29,933 bases of DNA from Candidatus Omnitrophota bacterium (GCA_020354945.1 CP070655.1:752610-782542); one strand, 5' to 3'; positions 17,838-26,259 are shown, counted from the first letter of the stretch. Notes: a model not told the origin generated them from the letters alone. Numbers and translations: made by a program.

Positions 17838-17873
17838 GTATTGCTTGACGAGAGCACTGAAAAATTATATTTA

Positions 17874-17936
17874 AACACGAATTTTGTTCGAAGTTACACA
17901 AATTTTATTCGTGGTAATTCCTTCTAAATTCGTGTT
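17874..17936. repeat. Inverted repeat built from ~10-11-nt units (ACACGAATT / AATTCGTGT)
   Basis: Perfect 11-bp IR aacacgaattt (17874-17884) / aaattcgtgtt (17926-17936), with degenerate internal copies acacaaatt and attcgtgg. Confidence 0.7.
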
Positions 17937-17970
17937 AATTAGCGTAAAAAGGAATATTCAAGCAATCTCC

Positions 17971-17999
17971 TTGACCATGCCGCTATTGCAATGTATAAT
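17971..17999 (+). promoter_or_regulatory. Sigma70-type promoter for the AsmA-like gene
   Basis: TTGACC-17 nt-TATAAT, ending 8 nt before GTG 18008. Confidence 0.8.
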
Positions 18000-18007
18000 C
18001 AGTTTTT

Positions 18008-20257
18008 GTGATGAGAAGATATGCTTTTTTTATTTTTATATTCATTGCAATAGTATGTTTTCTCCTTTTAGTATGGTATCTTAACCAGACCCTGATACCG
18101 GAGAAACTAAAAACTTTGCTAACCAGCACTATCGAAAAGCAAACCCGTCTTTCTATCGATATAGGAAGCTTGAGGTTTCATATAGCCAGAGGGTTTGAAC
18201 TTGAAAACATAAAAATTTTTAAAAAGGGCGAGAAAAAAGAGCCTATATTCAAGGCAGATAGAGCATATTTTAAACCTCTCCTAATACCTTCTTTACGCAA
18301 GATACACATTGTTATTCCGGGGCTTCTTTTTGAATCTGCTTATATTAAAATAGAGAGAGATGAAACCGGCAATTGGAATTTTGGAAAACCCGCCTTGCTT
18401 AAAGCGGAACCACCTTTACCTAAAAAGAGAAAATTTTATCTTTCTATTCTAAAAGCATCTATTACAGGCGGCACTGTTGTATTTAACGACAATTTCCAAG
18501 ACAGCCGCATAAGCGAAACCTTAACCGATGTAAAGGCAAGCATAGGATTATCCCTGCCCCATTCATTAAGCCTGGTCTTAAACGCGCAAATCCACCAAAG
18601 TCCTATTAACGTAAAGGGCAAAATTGCTCATCCGTTTAAAAATGCAAAAACTACTCTAAAGATTACGGCAACAGAGTTAGATTTAAAAAAAATAAAAAAT
18701 TTATCCAATACAGGCGTGTTAGACGGCCTGGCAAAAATAAAGGCCGATGTATTTCTGGAACCTGACGGGACTTCGATAATAAAAGCTGTCGGCGATATCG
18801 AGTCTTTGAAATTTCGAAAACAAAATCTACGCCTGGTTGGCGATTTCGATATAGACGGCCAGCTGCTGGGCAATATAAAAATTCCTAAAGACCTTGCTTA
18901 TAAAGGAAAAATTAAATTTAAAAATGCGACATTAGCTCTTTCGGATACTCTTCCGGAAATTTTCAATGCTGCGGGCGAGGCTATATTTATCAACAAATCC
19001 GTTACAATTAAAGATTCAACCGGCGGCATCGCAGGCTCTCCTGTTTCACTGAGCGGCAAATTAGATTATACTGCCGAATTTCCCGAAATAGACATAAACA
19101 TCCTGGCTAATGCAGTAAACTTAAATCAATTAATACAGAGTTTACCACAACAAGCAAAAGTTAAATTCAAAGAAATTGACTTGGAAGGAGAGGCTGATTT
19201 AAATATCAACATCGCCACCGAGAAAGCTCAACCTCAGGCTTTAATATATAAGGGCGATTTAAAAATTTCAGGCGCAAATCTTAGCTGTCCCTGGCTGAAA
19301 GAAAAAATAAAAAATATAGATTGCGAGATAATTTTCCAGAAAGATAGATTAGCCTGGGATAAATTATCATTTAAATATAATGATATTCCATACGCATCAA
19401 GCGGAATTGCCACTGAACTTAAGGAGCCTTTAATCAACGGGGCTTTAGAATCTAAAGACTTAAAGGCAAAGGGTATAATAAAAATTGGGGACGACCTTAT
19501 AAATATTCTGGGATTAAACATTGCATATAAAAATTACTCTTTGCAGGCGAAAGGATTTCTTAAAGATTCTAAACAACCGCTCCTAAATCTGATAATTTAC
19601 TCCTATGACGGAATAGCCGATATAACCGCAAGGTTAAATCTAAAATCTGATAAAAAACCTTATCTTGTAAATATAGAGGCAAGAAATATTAATATAGGGA
19701 AGTTTATTTCCGGCATCAAGTTTTCCAAATCTAAAGTAAAAGGTATCCTTGCTTCAAAGGCTACATTGAACGGTTATCTTGATGATAAAGATTCTTTAAA
19801 GGGCAACGGTTGGGTCCAGGTGACAGAAGGCTATCTAGGAAAATTTCCGGTAGTGGCTGATTTGCTGGATGCGATATTGGGAATCCCGCCTGAATACCTT
19901 ATCCTCACAGATGCCTTCGGAAATTTTTCCGTCTCGGATAAAAGAATATATACGAGGGATTTCAAAATATTGAGCCAAAAGGCTGCCTTGGTATGGGAAG
20001 GTTCTGTGGGGTTCGACAGCACACTCGATTTTAATGTAACAGGAAGATTTGCCGAAGATATAACCACAAGAGCCACCGCATTCGGCAAAATAGCCTCTGC
20101 CGTGCTTCATGAAGCCGGAGCTTACATGGTGGAGGTAAAACTAACCGGCACAATAGAAAAACCGGAATATAAAATAGTGCCTTTTCCTATAAGGAAAATA
20201 ATGAAGGGAAAAGTAATAGATAAACTTAAGGATGTTCTCGGAGATATTTTTGAATGA
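18008..20257 (+). CDS. AsmA-like/DUF748 periplasmic beta-groove protein
   Basis: Single N-terminal TM anchor, IERDETGNWNF motif, long beta-rich body, C-terminal GSVGFDSTLDF..VKLTGTIEKPEY typical of AsmA-family ends. Start could be ATG at 18011. Confidence 0.75.
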   Translation: MMRRYAFFIFIFIAIVCFLLLVWYLNQTLIPEKLKTLLTSTIEKQTRLSIDIGSLRFHIARGFELENIKIFKKGEKKEPIFKADRAYFKPLLIPSLRKIHIVIPGLLFESAYIKIERDETGNWNFGKPALLKAEPPLPKKRKFYLSILKASITGGTVVFNDNFQDSRISETLTDVKASIGLSLPHSLSLVLNAQIHQSPINVKGKIAHPFKNAKTTLKITATELDLKKIKNLSNTGVLDGLAKIKADVFLEPDGTSIIKAVGDIESLKFRKQNLRLVGDFDIDGQLLGNIKIPKDLAYKGKIKFKNATLALSDTLPEIFNAAGEAIFINKSVTIKDSTGGIAGSPVSLSGKLDYTAEFPEIDINILANAVNLNQLIQSLPQQAKVKFKEIDLEGEADLNINIATEKAQPQALIYKGDLKISGANLSCPWLKEKIKNIDCEIIFQKDRLAWDKLSFKYNDIPYASSGIATELKEPLINGALESKDLKAKGIIKIGDDLINILGLNIAYKNYSLQAKGFLKDSKQPLLNLIIYSYDGIADITARLNLKSDKKPYLVNIEARNINIGKFISGIKFSKSKVKGILASKATLNGYLDDKDSLKGNGWVQVTEGYLGKFPVVADLLDAILGIPPEYLILTDAFGNFSVSDKRIYTRDFKILSQKAALVWEGSVGFDSTLDFNVTGRFAEDITTRATAFGKIASAVLHEAGAYMVEVKLTGTIEKPEYKIVPFPIRKIMKGKVIDKLKDVLGDIFE

Positions 20258-20834
20258 TAGTTTTGGCTTGTTTAAGGGCTTTCGCGCGATGGCTAATTCT
20301 GTTTTTATAGGCGGGCTTCATCCAGGCAAATGTCTTTTTATGTCCTTTTGGAATAAACACCGGGTCATAGCCAAAACCGCTCCTGCCGTGCCTTTCTTTG
20401 GCTATAATACCTTCTATCTTCCCTTCGGCAACGCCGACAACTTTATTATTCCTCGCTATAACAGCCGTGCAGATAAAATAAGCGCCTCTTTTAGTGTTTA
20501 TGGACTTCATATTTTTCAATAATTTGGCTATATTCTTGTCATCATTCTGAGAAACTCCTGCATAACGGGCGGAATTAATCCCCGGGGCCCCTCCTAAACA
20601 ACCGACCACAAGACCTGAATCATCTGCAAGGACAATTGCACCCTTTATTAATTTCGATATAATTAGCGCCTTCTTTTTAGCATTAGCAATGAATGTTTTT
20701 TTATCCTCTTTTATCTTAGGAATTTTTCCTTTAAGCTGATGTAGGCCTTTAACCTTTACCGGTAATCCTTTAAGGAGTCTTTTTAGCTCTTTTAGCTTTT
20801 TCTTATTTCTTGTCGCAATAATGAGTTGTTGCAT
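20226..20834 (-). CDS. rdgB: Non-canonical purine NTP pyrophosphatase (RdgB/HAM1)
   Basis: IATRNKKK, LADDSGL, GAPGINSARYAG, GFGYDPVF, KNRISHR; follows rph. Confidence 0.96.
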   Translation of the reverse strand: MQQLIIATRNKKKLKELKRLLKGLPVKVKGLHQLKGKIPKIKEDKKTFIANAKKKALIISKLIKGAIVLADDSGLVVGCLGGAPGINSARYAGVSQNDDKNIAKLLKNMKSINTKRGAYFICTAVIARNNKVVGVAEGKIEGIIAKERHGRSGFGYDPVFIPKGHKKTFAWMKPAYKNRISHRAKALKQAKTIIQKYLREHP

Positions 20835-21556
20835 TATATTTCTAATTTCAATACTTCTTTTTGCTTCCTAATCAGCTTTTCAATGCCTTTTTTTGCGAGC
20901 TCAAGCATATGGTCCATATCCGTCTTTGTAAACGGCCTGCCTTCTGCCGTTCCTTGAATCTCTATGAATTTGCCTTTCTCTGTCATTACTATATTCATAT
21001 CTACATCTGCCTGCGAATCTTCTCTATATGTCAAATCTAATATAATCTTCCCATTGACAATGCCCACGCTTACGGATGCAACATAGTCGGCCAATGGCAA
21101 ATCTTCAATAAGACCGTCTTTGCGCATTCTTCTAAGCGCATCTGCCAGGGCTATGAAAGCCCCTGTAATGCTTGCAGCGCGAGTTCCGCCATCTCCCTGG
21201 ATAACATCGCAATCTATCCATATAGTTCGTTCGCCTAAAACAGAGGTATCGACCACGGCTCTTAAACTGCGCCCTATCAATCTCTGTATTTCATTGGTTC
21301 TTCCGCCCATTTTACCGCGTGAAGACTCACGAGGCGTACGCATCTTGCATGAACGCGGAAGCATGCCATATTCAGCAGTGACCCAGCCTTTACCCGAATT
21401 TTTTAAAAAGGGTGGCACGCCATCAATTACCGAAGCCGAACAGATTACTTTTGTATTTCCCATCTCTATTAAGCAGGAACCTTCTGCATATTTTAAGAAA
21501 TCTTTTTTTATGGTAACTTCTCTTAAACCTTGATTTCCACGCCCATCGTCTCTCAT
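20834..21556 (-). CDS. rph: Ribonuclease PH
   Basis: [54 protein letters not shown]. Confidence 0.98.
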   Translation of the reverse strand: MRDDGRGNQGLREVTIKKDFLKYAEGSCLIEMGNTKVICSASVIDGVPPFLKNSGKGWVTAEYGMLPRSCKMRTPRESSRGKMGGRTNEIQRLIGRSLRAVVDTSVLGERTIWIDCDVIQGDGGTRAASITGAFIALADALRRMRKDGLIEDLPLADYVASVSVGIVNGKIILDLTYREDSQADVDMNIVMTEKGKFIEIQGTAEGRPFTKTDMDHMLELAKKGIEKLIRKQKEVLKLEI

Positions 21557-21569
21557 GTCTATTTCTCCT

Positions 21570-21631
21570 CTCCGAGCCTACGGCTCACCTCTGGCCCTAC
21601 GGGCCATAGGCCCAGGGGGTAGAGCCGGAAG
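21570..21631. repeat. GC-rich nested palindromic element between queF and rph
   Basis: gagcc-tac-ggctc (21574-21586) and tggccc-tac-gggcca (21592-21606), with outer tccg/cgga and ggctc/gagcc pairings. Confidence 0.75.
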
Positions 21632-21634
21632 CTT

Positions 21635-22033
21635 TTAAGGCTTCTTATATTCCCTTGTTACAGTAGTTTTTATTCCGCCTCGTATATTAAATGCAGCGGT
21701 TATCTGTGCCCAGCACGGTTTACAAGCAGACACAAAATCATCTAAAATCTTATTTGTTGCATGCTCGTGAAAGATTCCTATATCCCGATAATAGTGCAAA
21801 TAGAGTTTAAAAGATTTTAATTCCACGCATAATTTATCAGGAATATATCTGATAACGATATTGGCAAAATCTGGGAGTTCTGTCTTGGGGCAAATACAGG
21901 TAAACTCTGAAGTTTCTAAATTTACTGTATAATCACGATCAGGATATTTATTTCTAAATGTGTCAATTTTTGGTGTTTTTAATTTTCTTATATTTTCCTG
22001 CAATCCATGGTAAGGACTTTTCTTTTTAGCCAT
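21635..22033 (-). CDS. queF: NADPH-dependent preQ0 reductase (short type I QueF)
   Basis: EFTCICPKTELPDFA, VELKSFKLY, HE, FNIRGGI. Confidence 0.95.
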   Translation of the reverse strand: MAKKKSPYHGLQENIRKLKTPKIDTFRNKYPDRDYTVNLETSEFTCICPKTELPDFANIVIRYIPDKLCVELKSFKLYLHYYRDIGIFHEHATNKILDDFVSACKPCWAQITAAFNIRGGIKTTVTREYKKP

Positions 22034-22035
22034 CT

Positions 22036-22749
22036 TTATCGTACTCCTATAATCTTCTGCGTCGGTGGGATAACCAGAACATTCTTTAAAAATTTTAACG
22101 CATAACGCTGCAATCTGTGTAATCTGTTTGTGCTAATTAACACCTTCTTTCTATTCATTGCTGGTTGTATTACAAGAGGTACTTTTGCATCTATTTTCCT
22201 TAGCAAAGAGACCGCTTTCTTAAAATCGCCAATTTTTAGTTTCTTAGATACGATAGTCTTTACAAAAATATTTTTATTGCTGGCAATTTTTATAAAATCT
22301 AAATGTTCTCTCCAACAAGGTCTTTCTTTAGTTACGCTCGGTAATTTTATATCTGCTGAAATGACATCAATATATTTTAATATGCTTTTTAGATTCTCAG
22401 GCAGCGTAGCGTTTGTTTCTAAATAAATTTTGAATTTAAACTTCCCTAATTTAGGCAATAATTCCTTCAAAAACCTGGTTTGTAAAAGCGGCTCGCCGCC
22501 TGTTAGCGAAACAGCCTTATGTTTTGTCTTTTTATTTATTTTTTTTATTTTTGAAACAACTCCATCAACGTCAAACTTAGCGGATTTTATGTTTTTAGGC
22601 ACATCGCAGAAGTTACAATTTAAATTGCAATTGTTAAATCTTATAAAGATCTGCCGCTGGCCAACATATGGTCCTTCTCCCTGAATAGAGGAGAATATCT
22701 CGAGCATATCGGTTCGTAGTTCGTAGTTCGTAGTTCGTAGACCTTTCAT
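22036..22749 (-). CDS. queE: 7-carboxy-7-deazaguanine synthase (radical SAM)
   Basis: EIFSSIQGEG, CNLNCNFCD, LTGGEPLLQ, LETN; ATGA overlap with queC. Confidence 0.94.
   Translation of the reverse strand: MKGLRTTNYELRTDMLEIFSSIQGEGPYVGQRQIFIRFNNCNLNCNFCDVPKNIKSAKFDVDGVVSKIKKINKKTKHKAVSLTGGEPLLQTRFLKELLPKLGKFKFKIYLETNATLPENLKSILKYIDVISADIKLPSVTKERPCWREHLDFIKIASNKNIFVKTIVSKKLKIGDFKKAVSLLRKIDAKVPLVIQPAMNRKKVLISTNRLHRLQRYALKFLKNVLVIPPTQKIIGVR
22713..22740. repeat. Four perfect heptamers (TTCGTAG)4 at the queE 5' end
   Basis: Direct reading; encodes LRTTNYELR. Confidence 0.93.
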
Positions 22750-23402
22750 TCAAGGCAAGGGTCTTTTATGCCTGCCTCCTTAAATCCTTTAGCGCGAATG
22801 AGACACGAAGCGCACTTTCCGCAAGGCCTCTTGCCGCCACCGTAACAAGACCAGGTTAATTCTAATGGTACATTCAGTTTCTTAGCGGTCTTTATTATCC
22901 GGGCCTTGGTCTTATTCTCAAGGGGTGCTACAATTTTAAATAAATTACCGGCAATAGCAGATTTTGTGCCTTTATTAACAGCCCTCTGGAATGCCTTAAG
23001 AAATTCACTCCGGCAATCGGGATAGTTGCTATAATCGATTTGATTGGTTCCGATGACAATGGTGTTGGCCTTTCTGCTTTCTGCAAAAGATACAGCAAAG
23101 CTTAAAAATATAATATTTCGCGCAGGCACATAAGTTGCCGGAATAGACTTTGATATTTTAGGCCTTGCTAACGAAATCTGCCTGTTAACGAGTGAGCTGC
23201 CTCCTCCGGCAAGAGCAATTCTTAATACCTTGTACTCGCATCCGGCTTTTTGGGCAATCAATTTTGCCTGATTTATCTCCTTTTTATGGCGCTGGCCATA
23301 ATCAAATACCAAGCAGAGACATTTATAACCTCTCCCCTTAGCCCAGAAAAGTGCTGTCGTAGAATCAATGCCGCCGGATAATAAAACAACTGCTTTTTTC
23401 AT
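22746..23402 (-). CDS. queC: 7-cyano-7-deazaguanine synthase
   Basis: LLSGGIDS, FDYGQRH, TYVPARN, YPDCR, TWSCY..PCGKCASC. Confidence 0.97.
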   Translation of the reverse strand: MKKAVVLLSGGIDSTTALFWAKGRGYKCLCLVFDYGQRHKKEINQAKLIAQKAGCEYKVLRIALAGGGSSLVNRQISLARPKISKSIPATYVPARNIIFLSFAVSFAESRKANTIVIGTNQIDYSNYPDCRSEFLKAFQRAVNKGTKSAIAGNLFKIVAPLENKTKARIIKTAKKLNVPLELTWSCYGGGKRPCGKCASCLIRAKGFKEAGIKDPCLE

Positions 23403-23406
23403 TCAA

Positions 23407-23483
23407 GAAAATCATCCCTGGCGATAATCTTTAAGTGATTTTCGCCGTCCCCCCTGTTTTATTTTCGAAGAAAATAAGGGGGA
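23407..23483. repeat. Hairpins filling the queD-queC spacer
   Basis: ttattttc-gaa-gaaaataa with outer tccccc/ggggga; ggcgataatc/gattttcgcc; gaaaatca/tgattttc. Confidence 0.65.
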
Positions 23484-23852
23484 TTATGCACCGTAGCTGG
23501 CGCAGGATGTGGGAGTCTCCCAAACAGAGACCTTTTCTAGATTTGCCTCATTTTTTATAAGTTTTTTTAGTCTCTCAAATATAAACTTTGCTATGAGTTC
23601 AGAGGTGGGATTATTCTTTTTAAAAAAGTTTATCTTATTTAGTTCTTTGTGGTCAAGTTCCTTTAATATTTTCTCCAGGAGCCTTTTGGCGACCTTAAAA
23701 TCTAAAACTAAACCTATTTTGTTAAGATTGCTTTTGGTAAATACGGCTTGAACTCTCCAGTTATGCCCATGTAAATTTTCGCACTTACCCTTATAAGCTC
23801 TTAAACGGTGAGCTGCGCTAAAGTCTGATTCAACGATTATTTCGTATCTCAT
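23484..23852 (-). CDS. queD: 6-carboxytetrahydropterin synthase
   Basis: FSAAHRL, CENLHGHNW, LDH, NPTSE, WET. Confidence 0.96.
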   Translation of the reverse strand: MRYEIIVESDFSAAHRLRAYKGKCENLHGHNWRVQAVFTKSNLNKIGLVLDFKVAKRLLEKILKELDHKELNKINFFKKNNPTSELIAKFIFERLKKLIKNEANLEKVSVWETPTSCASYGA

Positions 23853-24652
23853 ATTTTAACCTGATAAATGTATCCGATTTTTCTGCCCAAAAATTTCTCT
23901 GCTATGCCCTTAAAATTATATGGTTTATCCGTCAAAAAAAACTTCATTCTCCCCTTTTTATTTTCCTCAGAAGCAATACCCTTAACATTCATCAATCTTT
24001 TAACACCTTGGGCAACTTCGTTAGCAGAATCAATTAATTTTATATCAGTGCCTATTGCCTTTTTTATAGACGGCTTAAGCAAAGGATAATGGGTGCATCC
24101 TAATATAAGAGTATCTATTTTTCTTTTTATAAGAGGCGCTAAATATTTTCTGATAATATCCAGGGTTACTTTCCCTCGTAGCCAGCCTTCTTCTGCCAAA
24201 GGAACAAATAAAGGACAACTTTGGCCAAATACTTTTACCGAAGGGGCTATCCGGCTGATTTCTCTTTGATATGCATTACTACTTATAGTAGCATTGGTTC
24301 CTATCACTCCTATGCACTTATTTCTTGTTAATTGCAACGCCTTTTTAACCCCCGGCTCAATCACGCCTATTATAGGGATTTTGAATCTTTTTCTAAGTGT
24401 ATTTAAGGCTAAGCTTGAAGACGTGTTACAAGCTATGATTATAAGTTTTACTTTAAATTTTAGCAAGCACAGGGTATTTTGTATGGAAAATTTTATTACT
24501 GTCTTTTTAGATTTATTCCCGTAAGGGACACGAGCAGTATCGCCTAAATATACAATATCCTCATTCGGTAAAAATTTAATCAATTGCTTTACCGCGGTAA
24601 GGCCGCCCATGCCGGAATCAAAAACTCCTATAGGTCTATTTAGATCCTTCAT
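23849..24652 (-). CDS. murI: Glutamate racemase
   Basis: IGVFDSGMGG, GDTARVPYG, IACNTSS, LILGCTHYP. Confidence 0.97.
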   Translation of the reverse strand: MKDLNRPIGVFDSGMGGLTAVKQLIKFLPNEDIVYLGDTARVPYGNKSKKTVIKFSIQNTLCLLKFKVKLIIIACNTSSSLALNTLRKRFKIPIIGVIEPGVKKALQLTRNKCIGVIGTNATISSNAYQREISRIAPSVKVFGQSCPLFVPLAEEGWLRGKVTLDIIRKYLAPLIKRKIDTLILGCTHYPLLKPSIKKAIGTDIKLIDSANEVAQGVKRLMNVKGIASEENKKGRMKFFLTDKPYNFKGIAEKFLGRKIGYIYQVKI

Positions 24653-25761
24653 CTAGGCCTGGTAAATCCATCCGTTTTCTCATAGCGATGTTTATATAGA
24701 ACTATTCCGTCTGCTATGGCTTTGGTTAATCTCTGCTGGAAATTTTTGTCTTTTAATTTCATTGCTTCTTTTCTGTTAGAAAGAAACCCTACCTCAACCA
24801 CTACCGATGGCATCTGAGCGCCCTTTAATACATAAAATCTGGCTCCTTTAACTCCTCTGTCTCTTAAACTAAGGGATTTAGACATTCCTCCCCCTATGCA
24901 TTTAGCCAGCTCTATAGATTCCCTCCGATTTTCATCAGATAGCATATCCCCTAACGTAGCTGCAACTGCTGATTTTGGCTTAAACTTATTAAAAGAAGAA
25001 CTTTCATATTGCAGTGCTGCATTTTCTGCAGCAGCAGTTGCTCTTGCAAAATCATCTACTGCTTCTGATAAATAAAAGACCTCTACGCCGTTAACATATT
25101 TAGTCCTGGAAGCATTGGCATGTATGCTTATAAAAAAATCTGCATTGTTTTCATTAGCTATGTGGGACCTTCTCCATAAAGAGATGAATCTATCATTGTC
25201 TCTTGTAAGAATTGTTTTTATTCCTTCTTTTTGCAAATAGCTTTTTAATCTTTTGGAGATACTTAAAACGATATCTTTTTCTTTTATTCCTATCGATGAT
25301 ATTGCGCCGGGGTCTCTTCCGCCGTGGCCCGGGTCAATAACTATGGTGCGTATTGCGTATTTACCCTTATAAGGTATGGGCCTTTTTCTTCTAGTGGAAA
25401 TAATGGGTGGGGGAAATAATTCTTTTAACACCAAAGAGGCAAATGAAGCTGGGATCATAATTTTGCCTGAGTCCATTTTAACCGCAGCTGGCATCTTCTT
25501 TATGCTGTTATTTATAAGGGCTGCATCGGCTCCCACGCAAAATATAGCCTCTCTGCCATTTTTTTCTATTATGAGTTTACGTGCAATAGGATCCCATGTG
25601 TGGTTTGCGTTATAGCTTTGAATTACTGCACTGGCAGGGACATAACCGACGCCATTTATAGAACGAGTCACGCCTCCAAAAGAAACTGCTTCTTTCCTAG
25701 GAGCTGTGGCACAGCCTGATATAAAAAAAATTATTATTAACAGATATGTTAGTTTTTTCAT
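24649..25761 (-). CDS. N-acetylmuramoyl-L-alanine amidase (Amidase_3), predicted lipoprotein
   Basis: Lipobox-like FISGC; IDPGHGGRDPGA, EKD, FISIHAN, FYVLKGAQMPSVVVEVGFLSN. Confidence 0.92.
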   Translation of the reverse strand: MKKLTYLLIIIFFISGCATAPRKEAVSFGGVTRSINGVGYVPASAVIQSYNANHTWDPIARKLIIEKNGREAIFCVGADAALINNSIKKMPAAVKMDSGKIMIPASFASLVLKELFPPPIISTRRKRPIPYKGKYAIRTIVIDPGHGGRDPGAISSIGIKEKDIVLSISKRLKSYLQKEGIKTILTRDNDRFISLWRRSHIANENNADFFISIHANASRTKYVNGVEVFYLSEAVDDFARATAAAENAALQYESSSFNKFKPKSAVAATLGDMLSDENRRESIELAKCIGGGMSKSLSLRDRGVKGARFYVLKGAQMPSVVVEVGFLSNRKEAMKLKDKNFQQRLTKAIADGIVLYKHRYEKTDGFTRPR

Positions 25762-25771
25762 TTCTTATTTC

Positions 25772-25829
25772 TTGCCCCTCGACTTTGTTGAATCCTTCTA
25801 TTCGTCGGATTCTAGTGTTCTCGGGACAA
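25772..25829. repeat. Tandem-G.A hairpin element just downstream of ssrA
   Basis: Minus strand: TTGTCCC-GA-G...GAATCC...GGATTC...C-GA-GGGGCAA. Confidence 0.6.
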
Positions 25830-25847
25830 AATTTTCTTCGTAAATTT

Positions 25848-26253
25848 TGGTGGAGGCGAGGGGAGTCGGACCCCTGTCCATGAGTGTCTAACAAAAGGCG
25901 CTACATGCTTATCCTGTATTTTAAATTCATCCCGAAAAGCTTGTGCAGGAACAATCTTTCTGGAACTATCTTTTTAAAATCTCGCCCAGCACCCAAAAAG
26001 CTAAAAATGCTGGGCCAGCCTATTACCTACGCCAGGCCCGAACCCATAGGCAAGCTCGGCTGACGGTAGCCGCAACTTAGGCGGCTAGCGGCATCATGGA
26101 AGCAATCCCTGTCGAAACAGGAACTGTCTCCATGACTCTTGTGCGAAGTATGTCCGCACTTATCATTGTAGTCGGCTTTTTACAAGGCCAACCGACCAAC
26201 CTTGGCATGCTCCTTTTTGCTAAATCACGTCAAGTCGAACCCAATTCGCCCCC
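25848..26253 (-). ncRNA. ssrA: tmRNA (406 nt)
   Basis: 5' GGGGGCG pairs with 3' CGCCTCC-ACCA, including the G3.U alanine determinant. T-arm AGGGG/CCCCT; PK1 (CAAGG/CCTTG, GTCGGTT/AGCCGAC); tag frame ends LAA-stop; lies directly downstream of smpB. Confidence 0.95.
26077..26157 (-). other. tmRNA proteolysis tag reading frame: (A)ADILRTRVMETVPVSTGIASMMPLAA*
   Basis: Resume codon GCG follows ATAAGT just after PK1; 26 codons to TAA; C-terminal LAA. Confidence 0.82.
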
Positions 26254-26259
26254 ATTACT

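Noticed and set aside
17845-17873. Extra plus-strand promoter from TTGACG at 17845
   Set aside because: No good -10 box at 16-18 nt spacing.
21635-23852. queDCEF as a 7-deazaguanine DNA-modification (dpd) defence island
   Set aside because: No dpdA/tgt-like or other dpd genes nearby, and QueF points to ordinary tRNA queuosine precursor synthesis.
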